Source of the DNA: Ilumatobacteraceae bacterium
Lineage (GTDB): Bacteria > Actinomycetota > Acidimicrobiia > Acidimicrobiales > Ilumatobacteraceae
Assembly: GCA_044232585.1 (NCBI GenBank)
Contig: JBIILS010000001.1
Location: 6,880-70,879 of the forward strand
DNA length: 64,000 nucleotides
Reading direction: 5' to 3'
Positions 41,326-51,410 of this stretch are shown here, in pieces (the first letter of the stretch is position 1; the number at the start of each line of letters is the position of its first letter). Below the pieces are notes generated by a model that saw only the letters and a list, made by a program, of their open reading frames with translations, did not search any database and was not told where the DNA came from. Position numbers and translations under genes: made by a program.

Positions 41326-42447
41326 TTAGCGACGAGACTTCTTTCGTGGGCGCGGTGGGTGACTCAAAAGAGTTTCCACGGCCACAGGGGCTGGAGCAAC
41401 ACCCTGGCTTGCCTCGGTGGCTGCCCGAGCTGCTGCTCGGCGCCCAACGGGGGCACCAGTTTGCATGAGGTGGGACATGTCGGCTCCGACGGACAAGTGA
41501 CCCTTCATTGAGCGATAATGGTCTGAGCGTTCCTTCAAGATACCCACCAGAGGGGTTGCAATGAAGATCGACGAGTACGCACCAGTTGCGAGACCGACAA
41601 GTAGAGCCAGGGCGAACTCACGAAGAGCAATGGCACCTAATAAACCAGAGCCAATGACGAGCAAGCTAAGTACAGGAAGCAATGCCGCAATCGAGGTGTT
41701 TAGAGAACGCATTAGAACTTGATTCATGGACACGTTGACAATGTCGCCGTAAGACACTTTCGAACCGCTGAAACGCTCATTGTTCTCATGCACTTTGTCA
41801 AACACCACAATGGTGTCATACAACGAGAACCCAAGAATAGTGAGAAACGCCACAACGGTTGCCGGCGTGACTTCTAGCTTGAGAACAGAATACACACCGA
41901 CACTGATTCCTACGTCGTGGACCATTGCAGCAATCGCAGACAACGCCATTCGCCATTCGAATCGCCAAGCAATGAACAATGAAACGATCACGAAGAAGAC
42001 CAACAAAGCATTGATGGCCTTAGTAGTGATGCTGCGGCCCCACGTTGAACTTACGGTAGCAACACTGACATCATTCACCGTTGCGTTGGCTGCTTTGGCC
42101 AATGCACCTTGAATCGTCGTGCGTGTATCAACCGGTAGGTCACCTAATTGAATACGAATTCGTTCTGTGGATCCCGATGTCAAGGTTTGAATCTTTGCGT
42201 TGTCGGTTCTGATCTTGTTATCAGCCAGAATTTCCTTAGCTTTCGATTCAGACATGGTGCCGGCTACGGGCACTTCAAAGGCGACGCCACCCTTGAAGTC
42301 AATACCAAGGTTCAATCCTTGAGTAAACAATGAACCAACAGTCACCAGAAGAAGTAATCCTGAAGCGATAAACCCAATATTGCGTCTGCCGTAAAAATTG
42401 ATTGTTGTTTCACCACGAAACAGCCGTGACAATCCACCACTCATCAC
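41326..42447 (-). CDS. secF: protein translocase subunit SecF
   Basis: 373 aa. Multi-pass membrane protein with SecF motifs, overlapping the secD stop. Confidence 0.93.
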   Translation of the reverse strand: MMSGGLSRLFRGETTINFYGRRNIGFIASGLLLLVTVGSLFTQGLNLGIDFKGGVAFEVPVAGTMSESKAKEILADNKIRTDNAKIQTLTSGSTERIRIQLGDLPVDTRTTIQGALAKAANATVNDVSVATVSSTWGRSITTKAINALLVFFVIVSLFIAWRFEWRMALSAIAAMVHDVGISVGVYSVLKLEVTPATVVAFLTILGFSLYDTIVVFDKVHENNERFSGSKVSYGDIVNVSMNQVLMRSLNTSIAALLPVLSLLVIGSGLLGAIALREFALALLVGLATGAYSSIFIATPLVGILKERSDHYRSMKGHLSVGADMSHLMQTGAPVGRRAAARAATEASQGVAPAPVAVETLLSHPPRPRKKSRR

Positions 42448-43967
42448 GCCACCGCCTCTGAAAATTTGTCCTTAGCCACGCCAAGCACCCGTCCCCTGTT
42501 AAACAACTTCGTCTTGGCCAACAGAAGCACTGCTGGCCTCGCAAAGAAGTAAGACACGATCATGTCGGAAAGTGTGGATAAACCGAGAAAGAAGGCGAAT
42601 CCTCGAACAGATCCGACAGTGAGTTGCCACAACACGACCGCACCAATAAGTGACACCGTGTCAGCTACCAAGATGGTGCGCCACGCACGATCAAAACCGC
42701 GTGCTGCAGAATTTCGTAGTGTTCGTCCTTGTTGGACATCGTCTTTGAGTTTTTCGAAGAACACAACATACGAGTCGACCGTGACACCAACTGACACGAT
42801 AATTCCGGCCGCACCAGACAAAGTCAGAGCCAACCCGTTGGTCTTTGAGAGCCAAGAGATCACGCTCCATAGCAACAACCCAGAAATACCGAGTCCGCCA
42901 ACAACAACAATGGCCAGAAGGCGGTAATAGAACAAAAGGAACAGAAGTACAAGCAAAAGTCCGAGGAGCCCAGACAAAATTGCGGCTCGTAATGAATCTT
43001 CACCAAGTGAAGCAGACACCGTCTGCACAGTTGGGGTATCAAACTTCACGGGCACAGCACCGAACTGCAACACGCGAGCTAAATCTTTTGCTTCGGTTTC
43101 AGAAAATGAGCCGCTGATTTGCACACTGCCATTGTCAAATGTTGCCGTCTGCACTGTTGGGGCAGAAATTACTTCACCATCAAGAATGATTGCGATTGCT
43201 TTTGTCGGGCAATCAGCGCCGCCGGCAAAACACTTTGTTGACAATGCATTCCATGTATCAGCTCCAGCAGCACCGCTATTAAGTTTTGCAACTACTACCC
43301 ATGCTCCAGCGTCTACTTGAGCAGAAGAATCATTGGAAAATACTTCTCCGGTTGCCTCAGCAGGGCCAAGTAGGTAAATAAGTCCATCTTTACGACCAGG
43401 AAGAATTGTTTGACCTTCCGGCAAACCAGTTACCGGATCCACAGCCTCAGTCGGAGCGGGAACAGTGGTTGTCGTCACTGCTGCGGTGCGTGAACTACCA
43501 ATTCCGCCAGCTGGAGGAGGCAAAGTTGTTGACGCTGGTTTCAGTGTCGTTGTGGTTGCACCCTTGACAGTTGTTGTGGGTCCACCAGCAACGGTCGTGG
43601 TAGTTGTGTTTTCAGGATTCTCTGCAACCTTCAGTACTGGTCGCATTTCTACGGCTCCGGTGCGCCCAATGGTGTCAAGAGCCTGTTGCTGATCCTTTAC
43701 GCCGGGCAAGTTCACAACGATTGTGCTTCCTTGGCGAATGATTTCTGGTTCAGCAACACCAAGTGAGTCAACACGCTGACGAATAATGTCCACTGCAACA
43801 GTGAGAGCCGCCTCTTCAACTTCCCCAACCGGAGTCATGGTGACGGAGGCGCCACCTTGCAGGTCAAGCCCGAGGGCAGGAAAGTTACCAGCGACAATGT
43901 TTGCGGTGAATGTTCCGCCAGCAAGCAGAACTATCCCCAGAAGAGAAACAACTAGGCGACGAGTCAT
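42444..43967 (-). CDS. secD: protein translocase subunit SecD
   Basis: 507 aa. LGLDLQGGASV and the C-terminal six-helix membrane domain. Contains a Thr-rich insert. Confidence 0.93.
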   Translation of the reverse strand: MTRRLVVSLLGIVLLAGGTFTANIVAGNFPALGLDLQGGASVTMTPVGEVEEAALTVAVDIIRQRVDSLGVAEPEIIRQGSTIVVNLPGVKDQQQALDTIGRTGAVEMRPVLKVAENPENTTTTTVAGGPTTTVKGATTTTLKPASTTLPPPAGGIGSSRTAAVTTTTVPAPTEAVDPVTGLPEGQTILPGRKDGLIYLLGPAEATGEVFSNDSSAQVDAGAWVVVAKLNSGAAGADTWNALSTKCFAGGADCPTKAIAIILDGEVISAPTVQTATFDNGSVQISGSFSETEAKDLARVLQFGAVPVKFDTPTVQTVSASLGEDSLRAAILSGLLGLLLVLLFLLFYYRLLAIVVVGGLGISGLLLWSVISWLSKTNGLALTLSGAAGIIVSVGVTVDSYVVFFEKLKDDVQQGRTLRNSAARGFDRAWRTILVADTVSLIGAVVLWQLTVGSVRGFAFFLGLSTLSDMIVSYFFARPAVLLLAKTKLFNRGRVLGVAKDKFSEAVA

Positions 43968-43970
43968 GCT

Positions 43971-44318
43971 TTATTTCGTATCGTCCGTAGCGGCCTCAGC
44001 CGCAGGCGCTTTACGCGCGACAGAACTTCGGGCCACACGAATTTCAATCCGCTCTGTTCCGTGACCGTCCGCAACATCGACCCACAACACATCGCCTTCG
44101 ATGGCCGTTACAAAGCCGTAGATGCCCGAGTTCAGAATGATTTCATCGTCGACAGCGATTGAGCTCTGAAGCAATTGACCCTCTTTGAGGCGACGGCGCT
44201 GAGGACGAAGCAACAAGAAATACATGGCGGCGAAAATGGCGCCAAAAAAGAACAAAGTAAACAATGGATTGCCATTGCTGTTTGAAGTTGATGTTTCAGA
44301 GAGCAGGATTTCAATCAC
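43971..44318 (-). CDS. yajC: preprotein translocase subunit YajC
   Basis: 115 aa. FFGAIFAAMYFLLLRPQRRR. Confidence 0.88.
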   Translation of the reverse strand: MIEILLSETSTSNSNGNPLFTLFFFGAIFAAMYFLLLRPQRRRLKEGQLLQSSIAVDDEIILNSGIYGFVTAIEGDVLWVDVADGHGTERIEIRVARSSVARKAPAAEAATDDTK

Positions 44319-44363
44319 GGCTAGTAATCCTAGCGACCAGAGACTGATTCAGCCCGATTTCCC

Positions 44364-45461
44364 CTATGCCCACACGTCCAAAATGCCCCGTTTGAGGTCA
44401 GAAAAGGTGCCCTGCTGTATTGCCTGTCTCATGTCCTTCATCAGCGAAATAGTCCACGCCAGGTTATGAACAGACACCAAGCGAGACCCAGTTGGCTCGC
44501 TGGTCTGTGCCAGATGGCGAAGGTACCCACGAGAATGAGATGCACACACCCAGCACGAGCACAAGGGGTCGAGTGGCTCGTCTGAATCTAGGAACTGGGC
44601 GTTCTTAATGTTCACCCTGCCTTGAGATGTCAATGCAGTTCCATGGCGACCTAGGCGAGTTTGCAATACACAATCGAATTGATCAACCCCAAGACCTACT
44701 GCCTCAACAAGCGACGCAGGGTCACCAACGCCCATGAGATAACGCGGACGATCTTCGGGAAGTTCGTCAATACACGCAGCAATTGACTCCACCATCTCAG
44801 CGCGGCTTTCACCTACAGAGAGACCACCGATACCGAATCCGTCAAAACCGACGTCTACTGTTCGCCGAGCACTTTCCGCTCGCATCGCAGAGTTGGTTCC
44901 TCCTTGCACGATGCCAAACAATGACTGATCAGTTCGAGTATGAGCCGTCTTTGCTCGCAACGCCCATGCATGTGTTCGCTCTAGCGCTAGGCGAACCACA
45001 TCAGGTTCAGCAGGTAACGATGTGCACACATCAAGAACCATTTGAATATCTGCACCGATTTTCTCTTGTGTCCGAACAGCAATTTCTGGTGTGAAACGGT
45101 GATATGAACCGTCATAGGTTGATTTGAATGTCACACCGTCATCATCAACCTTTGGGTCGAGAGAGAACACTTGGAATCCGCCTGAGTCCGTCAGGGTTAA
45201 TCCATCCCAGCCACTAAACGAACCTAGGCCGCCAAACTTCTCAACAACGTCTGCTCCGGGCCGCAACATCAGGTGATACGTGTTGCCGAGAACAATGCGA
45301 GCTCCGATATCTGCATAGTCACGCGCGCTGAGATACTTCACTGCGCCGCGAGTGCCAACCGGCATAAAGCACGGCGTCTCGTATGATCCCCGATGAGTAA
45401 AAGCAGTTGCAGAACGTGCTGCACCGTCTCGTGAATCAATCTCTAGTTGTACGGGAAACAT
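44364..45461 (-). CDS. tgt: tRNA-guanine(34) transglycosylase
   Basis: 365 aa. ETPCFMPVGTRGAVK, TDSGGFQVFSL, and the zinc site CSCWVC...H. Confidence 0.95.
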   Translation of the reverse strand: MFPVQLEIDSRDGAARSATAFTHRGSYETPCFMPVGTRGAVKYLSARDYADIGARIVLGNTYHLMLRPGADVVEKFGGLGSFSGWDGLTLTDSGGFQVFSLDPKVDDDGVTFKSTYDGSYHRFTPEIAVRTQEKIGADIQMVLDVCTSLPAEPDVVRLALERTHAWALRAKTAHTRTDQSLFGIVQGGTNSAMRAESARRTVDVGFDGFGIGGLSVGESRAEMVESIAACIDELPEDRPRYLMGVGDPASLVEAVGLGVDQFDCVLQTRLGRHGTALTSQGRVNIKNAQFLDSDEPLDPLCSCWVCASHSRGYLRHLAQTSEPTGSRLVSVHNLAWTISLMKDMRQAIQQGTFSDLKRGILDVWA

Positions 45462-45472
45462 GCAATAAGCCT

Positions 45473-46474
45473 TTACGAACGAGCCAACAGCATGGCATCA
45501 CCGAAGGACAAAAACCTGTATTGCTCTGAAATGGCTTCTGCATAAATGTCACGCCATCTTGTGCCAATGAATGATTCAATCATTAACAACAGTGACGTTT
45601 TTGGCAAGTGAAAATTCGTCAACATTATGTCAACTACTTTCCATTGGAAGCCTGGCGTTATGAATAATGACGTGCGACCTGTTAGTTGACCTGACGCGGC
45701 AACTGATTCAAGAGCGCGAGTTGCTGTAGTACCTATTGCAATAACTCTCTTCGCTTCCTTACATGCATCCATCACTCGCTGGTCGACTGAGTAAAACTCA
45801 GAATGAATGAGATGATCTAGCGGGTCAACAGTTGAGATTGGCTTAAAGGTGTCAAGCCCCACTACTAATTCCACTGTCTCTACCAGCACCCCTTTTGCGA
45901 CAATTCGGGCCATAAGTTCTTGTGTGAAATGAAGTCCAGCCGTGGGCGCTGCAGCACTTGCCATTCTTCTGGCATAGACCGTTTGATACCGCTCTAGATC
46001 AGTGAGCGAGCTGCGAATGTACGGCGGTAGCGGCATTGCCCCTATGCGCTGCAAAAGTTCCATTGGATTCTCATCAAGGATCTCAATAACGAACGTGTCT
46101 CCTGCTTCCGTACGCGGCCCTACACGCACAACACGCTTACCGAAATATTCAAGCACCTCGTCTGGTTTTAGCTTGCTCGCTGGCTTCACTAGGGCTTCCC
46201 ACAGTCGAAAGTCCGACGACCTCTGTTCCAGCAACAGCACCTCTGCTGCCCCACCCGTTTTTCGATGAAGGGCCAAGCGCGCTGGCAATACGCGAGTGTC
46301 ATTCACAACCATGACATCGCCAGGCTCAAGAAAATCGACGAGGTCTGTCACATGCTTGTGTTCGACTGTGCTCGGGTTAGTAGCTACCAATAGACGCGCA
46401 GAGTCACGCGGTTCTACGGGGTGCTGAGCTATGAGTTTTTCAGGAAGCTCATAGTCAATGTCGGAAAGATTCAC
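45473..46474 (-). CDS. queA: S-adenosylmethionine:tRNA ribosyltransferase-isomerase
   Basis: 333 aa. DYELPEKLIAQHP, AAPTAGLHFT, IGTTATRALES. Confidence 0.95.
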   Translation of the reverse strand: MNLSDIDYELPEKLIAQHPVEPRDSARLLVATNPSTVEHKHVTDLVDFLEPGDVMVVNDTRVLPARLALHRKTGGAAEVLLLEQRSSDFRLWEALVKPASKLKPDEVLEYFGKRVVRVGPRTEAGDTFVIEILDENPMELLQRIGAMPLPPYIRSSLTDLERYQTVYARRMASAAAPTAGLHFTQELMARIVAKGVLVETVELVVGLDTFKPISTVDPLDHLIHSEFYSVDQRVMDACKEAKRVIAIGTTATRALESVAASGQLTGRTSLFITPGFQWKVVDIMLTNFHLPKTSLLLMIESFIGTRWRDIYAEAISEQYRFLSFGDAMLLARS

Positions 46475-46483
46475 GCACTGAGG

Positions 46484-47476
46484 CTACGGGTTTGCAAGGT
46501 GTGAACGGGCAGCATCCATAGCCACTCGACCACGCGGTGTACGAGCGATAAGACCCTGCTGGATAAGGAACGGCTCATATACGTCCTCCACAGTTTCTGG
46601 TTGTTCACCGACGGCAATCGCCAAAGTTGTCAGCCCCACAGGGCCGCCATCGAATTGATCACACAGACTTCGCAGAATTGCACGGTCTACTTTGTCAAGC
46701 CCCAGTTCGTCGACACCGAACACACGAAGTGCCTCAAGTGCAGTTGTGGAGTTGATTGTTCCGTCACCGCGAACTTCTGCAAAGTCACGCACGCGACGCA
46801 ATAATCTGTTTGCGATACGAGGGGTGCCTCTACTGCGACGCGCAATATGCAATGAAGCGTCATCTGACAGAGGAACATCGAGTATTCGTGATGTTCTCTG
46901 CACAATCGCATCAAGTTCCGCAGCGTCGTAATAATCAAGACGAGCAACAAGACCGAACCGGTCGCGGAGCGGACCAGTAATCATGCCAGTGCGTGTTGTT
47001 GCGCCAATCAGAGTGAAGCGAGGCAACGTAAGCCTGATGGACGACGCTGCTGGACCTTTACCGACGACGATGTCTATCTGAAAGTCCTCCATGGCTGGGT
47101 ACAAGATCTCTTCAACAGGTCGCGAGAGGCGATGAATCTCGTCGATGAATAACACATCGCCTTCGCCAAGTTTGGTGAGAATTGCAGCAAGATCGCCAGC
47201 ACGTTCTAAGGCAGGGCCGCTAGTGATGTGAAGCGCTACGCCCATTTCGGCAGCAACAATGCAGGCCATTGTGGTTTTGCCAAGACCTGGGGGGCCTGCC
47301 AACAAAATATGGTCTGCAGCTTGCCCGCGCTGCTTGGCAGCTCCGAGCACAATGTCAAGATGCTCTTTCAGTTCACGTTGCCCGACGAAGTCATCAAGCA
47401 ATCGCGGACGTAGGCCAACTTCATCTGCAACTTCGCGATCAGAAGCAAGGATTGGTTCAAGAAATTCATCCCGCAC
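46484..47476 (-). CDS. ruvB: Holliday junction branch migration ATPase RuvB
   Basis: 330 aa. [20 protein letters not shown]. Confidence 0.97.
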   Translation of the reverse strand: MRDEFLEPILASDREVADEVGLRPRLLDDFVGQRELKEHLDIVLGAAKQRGQAADHILLAGPPGLGKTTMACIVAAEMGVALHITSGPALERAGDLAAILTKLGEGDVLFIDEIHRLSRPVEEILYPAMEDFQIDIVVGKGPAASSIRLTLPRFTLIGATTRTGMITGPLRDRFGLVARLDYYDAAELDAIVQRTSRILDVPLSDDASLHIARRSRGTPRIANRLLRRVRDFAEVRGDGTINSTTALEALRVFGVDELGLDKVDRAILRSLCDQFDGGPVGLTTLAIAVGEQPETVEDVYEPFLIQQGLIARTPRGRVAMDAARSHLANP

Positions 47477-48059
47477 GACGGGCTCCTAACAAAGCAAGCG
47501 CATCACGCAACATAGTTTCTGAATCAGTTGCTGATACCAGCAACCGCATTGTGTCTCGAATTTCGTCTGTGCCGTAACCGAGTGCAGTCAATGCATCGCG
47601 CACATCTGCAGCACTTGATTGCACGGAATCTATTGATTCAGTAGAACTCAGTCCATCAAGGTGCAGTCGTGATTTCAGTTCAACCATGAGACGTTCCGCA
47701 GTTTTCTTGCCAACCCCCGGAACAATGGTGAGCGCTGCTAAATCTCCGGATGCCACCACAGTTACCAGTGCAGTTGGAGAATATGTCGACAAAATTGCCA
47801 TTGCCATCGATGGCCCGATGCCATGCGTGGCGAGCAAAACATCAAATGTGTCTCTTTCAATACGCGATGTGAAGCCAAACAGCGTTTGATTGTCTTCACG
47901 AATATGGTGATGAATGTGCAAGAACGCAACGACTGTTGGTTCAAGTTCGCCAAATGTAGACGACGTGACGTTGCACAAATATCCGACACCAGCTACTTCC
48001 AACAGAATCGTGTTAGGTGTGAATCGTTCAAGAACTGTTCCGCGCAGACTTCCGATCAT
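47466..48059 (-). CDS. ruvA: Holliday junction DNA helicase subunit RuvA
   Basis: [13 protein letters not shown]... begins at ATG 48059, in an ATGA overlap with the ruvC stop. The 74-aa Cys-rich extension in the track ORF is an alternate frame of ruvC. Confidence 0.93.
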   Translation of the reverse strand: MIGSLRGTVLERFTPNTILLEVAGVGYLCNVTSSTFGELEPTVVAFLHIHHHIREDNQTLFGFTSRIERDTFDVLLATHGIGPSMAMAILSTYSPTALVTVVASGDLAALTIVPGVGKKTAERLMVELKSRLHLDGLSSTESIDSVQSSAADVRDALTALGYGTDEIRDTMRLLVSATDSETMLRDALALLGARRAG

Positions 48060-48601
48060 CGCGCGCTCCGAGCAATAGCGGCATCGCGTGACGCAATGAA
48101 GGGAGCGATTGAGCAATGACACAGTGCAATTGCAGCTGCATCGGCTGCGTCGGCCGGTTGAGGAATTGTTGCAAGGTTCAAACGTTGCTGCACCATGTGG
48201 CCTATTTGGTCTTTTGTTGCACTTCCCCACCCCACAATGGTGTTCTTCACTTGTGATGGCGTGTATTGAGCAACCGCACAACCAGCACGACTAGCTAAGG
48301 CCAGCACGATTCCGCTTGCCTGACCGACACCCATGGCTGTGCGAACATTGTTCTGGAAAAAGACCTGTTCGATAGCCACTGCATCTGGCTTGAATTGAGA
48401 CAGCAATGACTCCATTTCGCCATGGATTTCAGCAAGCCGCTCGTGAATTGGACTACTGGGCGGAGTACGGATGACTCCGATGGCGACTGCCCGAATGTTC
48501 TGGTGCGACGACATTTCCAAAACGGCATACCCACAACGAGTGAGACCTGGGTCGATTCCGAGAACCACATGGGGGGACGCAGCGGAGGCCTGGGCGAACA
48601 T
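48056..48601 (-). CDS. ruvC: crossover junction endodeoxyribonuclease RuvC
   Basis: 181 aa. VLGIDPGLTRCGYAV, AIEQVFF, ADAADAAAIAL. Confidence 0.95.
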   Translation of the reverse strand: MFAQASAASPHVVLGIDPGLTRCGYAVLEMSSHQNIRAVAIGVIRTPPSSPIHERLAEIHGEMESLLSQFKPDAVAIEQVFFQNNVRTAMGVGQASGIVLALASRAGCAVAQYTPSQVKNTIVGWGSATKDQIGHMVQQRLNLATIPQPADAADAAAIALCHCSIAPFIASRDAAIARSAR

Positions 48602-48615
48602 ATGTTTGATTGTAA

Positions 48616-48635
48616 CCCACTCGCACGGGAGTGGG
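48616..48635 (-). terminator. 7-bp stem-loop between bcp and ruvC (weak terminator candidate)
   Basis: CCCACUC-N6-GAGUGGG. On the minus strand it is followed by UUACAAUCAAACAU and then the ruvC AUG. Confidence 0.3.
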
Positions 48636-48642
48636 GTGAATA

Positions 48643-49095
48643 TCAGCGAGAAGCCTCGACGGCTGCCACCAGTTCGCTCACTGGCCGGTAGGTGATGCCT
48701 GCAATGGCTCGATGTGCATAGGTAATGACCCCGGCTGCATTGATCACAAAAACGCTGCGACGAGAGAACCCAAGCGGGCCAACGGTGCCATACAGCGATG
48801 CGACGGCCTTGTCCGTATCTGCAAGCAGAGGGAATCCGAAACCATGCTTCGAGGAAAACTGGTCATGACTGGCAATGTCCTGGGCAGATATTGCCAACAC
48901 TTGAGCTCCGACACCTTCGAAAGCTGAAAGCTCGTTGTTGTAGGAATTGAGCTGTTTTGTGCAGACGGGCGTGTCATCGCCTGGGTAGAAGACAAGGACA
49001 ACCGGTTGACCACGAAACGATGACAAAGACACTGACGTGCCACCTGTAGCTGGAAGATTGAAATCGGGGGCGAGATCGCCGACTGAAACTGCCAT
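48643..49095 (-). CDS. bcp: thioredoxin-dependent peroxiredoxin (Bcp type)
   Basis: 150 aa. FYPGDDTPVCTKQL. Confidence 0.9.
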   Translation of the reverse strand: MAVSVGDLAPDFNLPATGGTSVSLSSFRGQPVVLVFYPGDDTPVCTKQLNSYNNELSAFEGVGAQVLAISAQDIASHDQFSSKHGFGFPLLADTDKAVASLYGTVGPLGFSRRSVFVINAAGVITYAHRAIAGITYRPVSELVAAVEASR

Positions 49096-49841
49096 TATTC
49101 GATCTCCTGCATTAGTGATTCGTCGATGTCGAAGTTTGCATAAACGTCTTGTACGTCATCGCTTTCATCCAACATGTCCATAATACGCAGAATCTGGCGA
49201 GCATCGTCAAGATCTGTGACTTCAATGGTGTTTGCAGACACCATGGTGCTTTCAGCACTCAGAACTTCAATATTGGCAGCCTCGAGCGCCTCTTTAACCT
49301 CGTACACAACGGACGAATCAGTGAGCACGCGCCACGTATCGCCATCGCGTTCAATGTCATCGGCGCCAGCTTCAAGAGCCGCTGTCATGACCGTATCTTC
49401 TTCCACCGATCCTGACACGACTATGAGACCACGGCGAGCGAACTGCCAACTGACAGCACCAGGCTCTGCAAGCGAGCCACCAAATTTTGTGAAAGCGTTT
49501 CGAACATCAGATGCAGTTCGGTTGCGATTGTCGGTCAGTACATCGACAAGCAAAGCAACACCACCCGGCGCATAACCCTCGTACATGATTGATTCATAAT
49601 TGGCACCGCCAGTTTCACCACCGCCACGCTTGATTGCGCGATCAATAGCGTCCTTGGTCATCTGACCTGCTTTTGCTTTTTGCACCACGGTGCGTAATGA
49701 AGCGTTTGTATCAACGTCCATTCCGCCCGAACGTGCTGCAACTTCAAGTTGGCGAGCAAGTTTCGCAAACAACTTTCCACGCGCTTTATCAATAGCGCCC
49801 TTTTTATGTTTGATTGTTGCCCATTTGGAATGTCCAGACAT
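49095..49841 (-). CDS. yebC: YebC/PmpR family transcriptional regulator
   Basis: 248 aa. MSGHSKWATIKHKKGAIDKARGK. Confidence 0.95.
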   Translation of the reverse strand: MSGHSKWATIKHKKGAIDKARGKLFAKLARQLEVAARSGGMDVDTNASLRTVVQKAKAGQMTKDAIDRAIKRGGGETGGANYESIMYEGYAPGGVALLVDVLTDNRNRTASDVRNAFTKFGGSLAEPGAVSWQFARRGLIVVSGSVEEDTVMTAALEAGADDIERDGDTWRVLTDSSVVYEVKEALEAANIEVLSAESTMVSANTIEVTDLDDARQILRIMDMLDESDDVQDVYANFDIDESLMQEIE

Positions 49842-49844
49842 TGG

Positions 49845-50429
49845 CTACACCTTTTTCTTATTTGCGGTTATAGAAACAAAATACTCATGAAGACGGGCGT
49901 CGTTTGACAATTCAGGATGAAACGATGCTGCCAATACATTTCCTTGGCGCACCAACACTGGTTCATCATTGATACTTCCGAGAACTTCGACTTGTGCACC
50001 CACTCGTTCAATGCGGGGAGCACGGATGAATACCCCATGAAAATCCCCGACCGAACTATTGATAGTGGCCTCAAAGGAATCAACTTGACGACCAAAAGCG
50101 TTACGACGAACCGAAATGTCTATTGCCGAAAAGTTTCGCTGGTCGCTACGGCCATCGAGAATCTCAGATGCGAGCAGAATCATGCCTGCACACGTGCCGA
50201 AAACTGGCATGCCCTCTGCAATGCGTGTTGCAATCGGGTCAAACAAACCTGACGATTCCAACAGTTGGGACATCGTGCTTGATTCACCACCAGGCATCAA
50301 TAAGGCATCAACGGAACTCAGTTGTTGCGGAGTGCGTACTTCAATTGATTGCACGCCAATAGACTTTAAGCAATCAGAATGAGCAGCAAATGCTCCTTGA
50401 AGTGCAAGAACACCAACTTGCATGTTCAC
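49845..50429 (-). CDS. pdxT: pyridoxal 5'-phosphate synthase glutaminase subunit
   Basis: 194 aa. VGVLALQGAF, GTCAGMILL. Confidence 0.95.
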   Translation of the reverse strand: MNMQVGVLALQGAFAAHSDCLKSIGVQSIEVRTPQQLSSVDALLMPGGESSTMSQLLESSGLFDPIATRIAEGMPVFGTCAGMILLASEILDGRSDQRNFSAIDISVRRNAFGRQVDSFEATINSSVGDFHGVFIRAPRIERVGAQVEVLGSINDEPVLVRQGNVLAASFHPELSNDARLHEYFVSITANKKKV

Positions 50430-50456
50430 CCGGAGGCCTCGCAGTCATGACTGCGA

Positions 50457-51392
50457 CTACCAACCGCGCTGTGCGAAGCGCTGTGTTTCGTTGATTTCGT
50501 CCATTGCGATACCGGTCATGGCAACGCCTAACCCACGGCTCACGCGTGCAAGCACAGCTGCATCACGGAAATGGGTTGTCGCTTCAACAATTGCTTTGGC
50601 ACGAGGTGCTGGATCTGCACTCTTGAAAATTCCTGAACCGACGAAAACAGTTTCTGCACCTAACTGCATTGCGAGCGCTGCATCTGCTGGAGTTGCGATG
50701 CCACCTGCGGCGAATACTGGAACTTGCAATTTGCCAGTCTCTGCAATCTCTTGCACCAACGACAACGGTGCTTGAAGCCTCTTTGCCCATTCGAATAGTT
50801 CGGCTGAATCTGCCTGCGTGATTTTACGAATGTCTCCGAGAATCGAACGGAGATGACGTACGGCTTCCACCATGTTTCCTGTGCCAGCTTCGCCCTTTGA
50901 ACGAATAAGTGCTGCACCTTCAGAGACGCGACGAAGCGCCTCGCCCAAGTTAGTGGCACCACAAACGAAAGGAATGGTGAAGTCAAATTTGTCAATGTGA
51001 TGCGTTTCATCAGCTGGAGTCAGGACTTCTGACTCATCTATGAAGTCAACGCCAAGTGACTGAAGAATTTGCGCTTCAACGAAGTGACCAATACGAACTT
51101 TTGCCATGACTGGAATATGAACGCTTGCCTGAATAGCCATGATCATTTCAGGGTCACTCATACGCGCAACTCCGCCATCACGACGAATGTCTGCGGGAAC
51201 ACGCTCCAATGCCATCACAGCACATGCACCAGCATCTTCTGCAATCTTTGCCTGATCAGAGTTGACGACGTCCATGATGACGCCACCCTTCAACATTTCA
51301 GCCAACCCACGCTTAACGCGCTGAGTGCCTGTTGATGATGAACCGTTAGTTGAAACCATGGTTGCCATAGTACCGAGGCGACGCGATGTCAC
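50457..51392 (-). CDS. pdxS: pyridoxal 5'-phosphate synthase lyase subunit
   Basis: 311 aa. [26 protein letters not shown]. Confidence 0.97.
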   Translation of the reverse strand: MTSRRLGTMATMVSTNGSSSTGTQRVKRGLAEMLKGGVIMDVVNSDQAKIAEDAGACAVMALERVPADIRRDGGVARMSDPEMIMAIQASVHIPVMAKVRIGHFVEAQILQSLGVDFIDESEVLTPADETHHIDKFDFTIPFVCGATNLGEALRRVSEGAALIRSKGEAGTGNMVEAVRHLRSILGDIRKITQADSAELFEWAKRLQAPLSLVQEIAETGKLQVPVFAAGGIATPADAALAMQLGAETVFVGSGIFKSADPAPRAKAIVEATTHFRDAAVLARVSRGLGVAMTGIAMDEINETQRFAQRGW

Positions 51393-51410
51393 CCCATGTG
51401 AATTACGGCT

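Noticed and set aside
48060-48281. Cys-rich 74-aa N-terminal extension of the ruvA track ORF (MCGCSIHAITSEEHHCGVGKCNK...CSCNCT...CRYC), which looks like a zinc-finger module
   Set aside because: It is an alternate reading frame of the ruvC 3' half. RuvA's canonical N-terminus MIGSLRGTV starts at ATG 48059, in an ATGA overlap with the ruvC stop.
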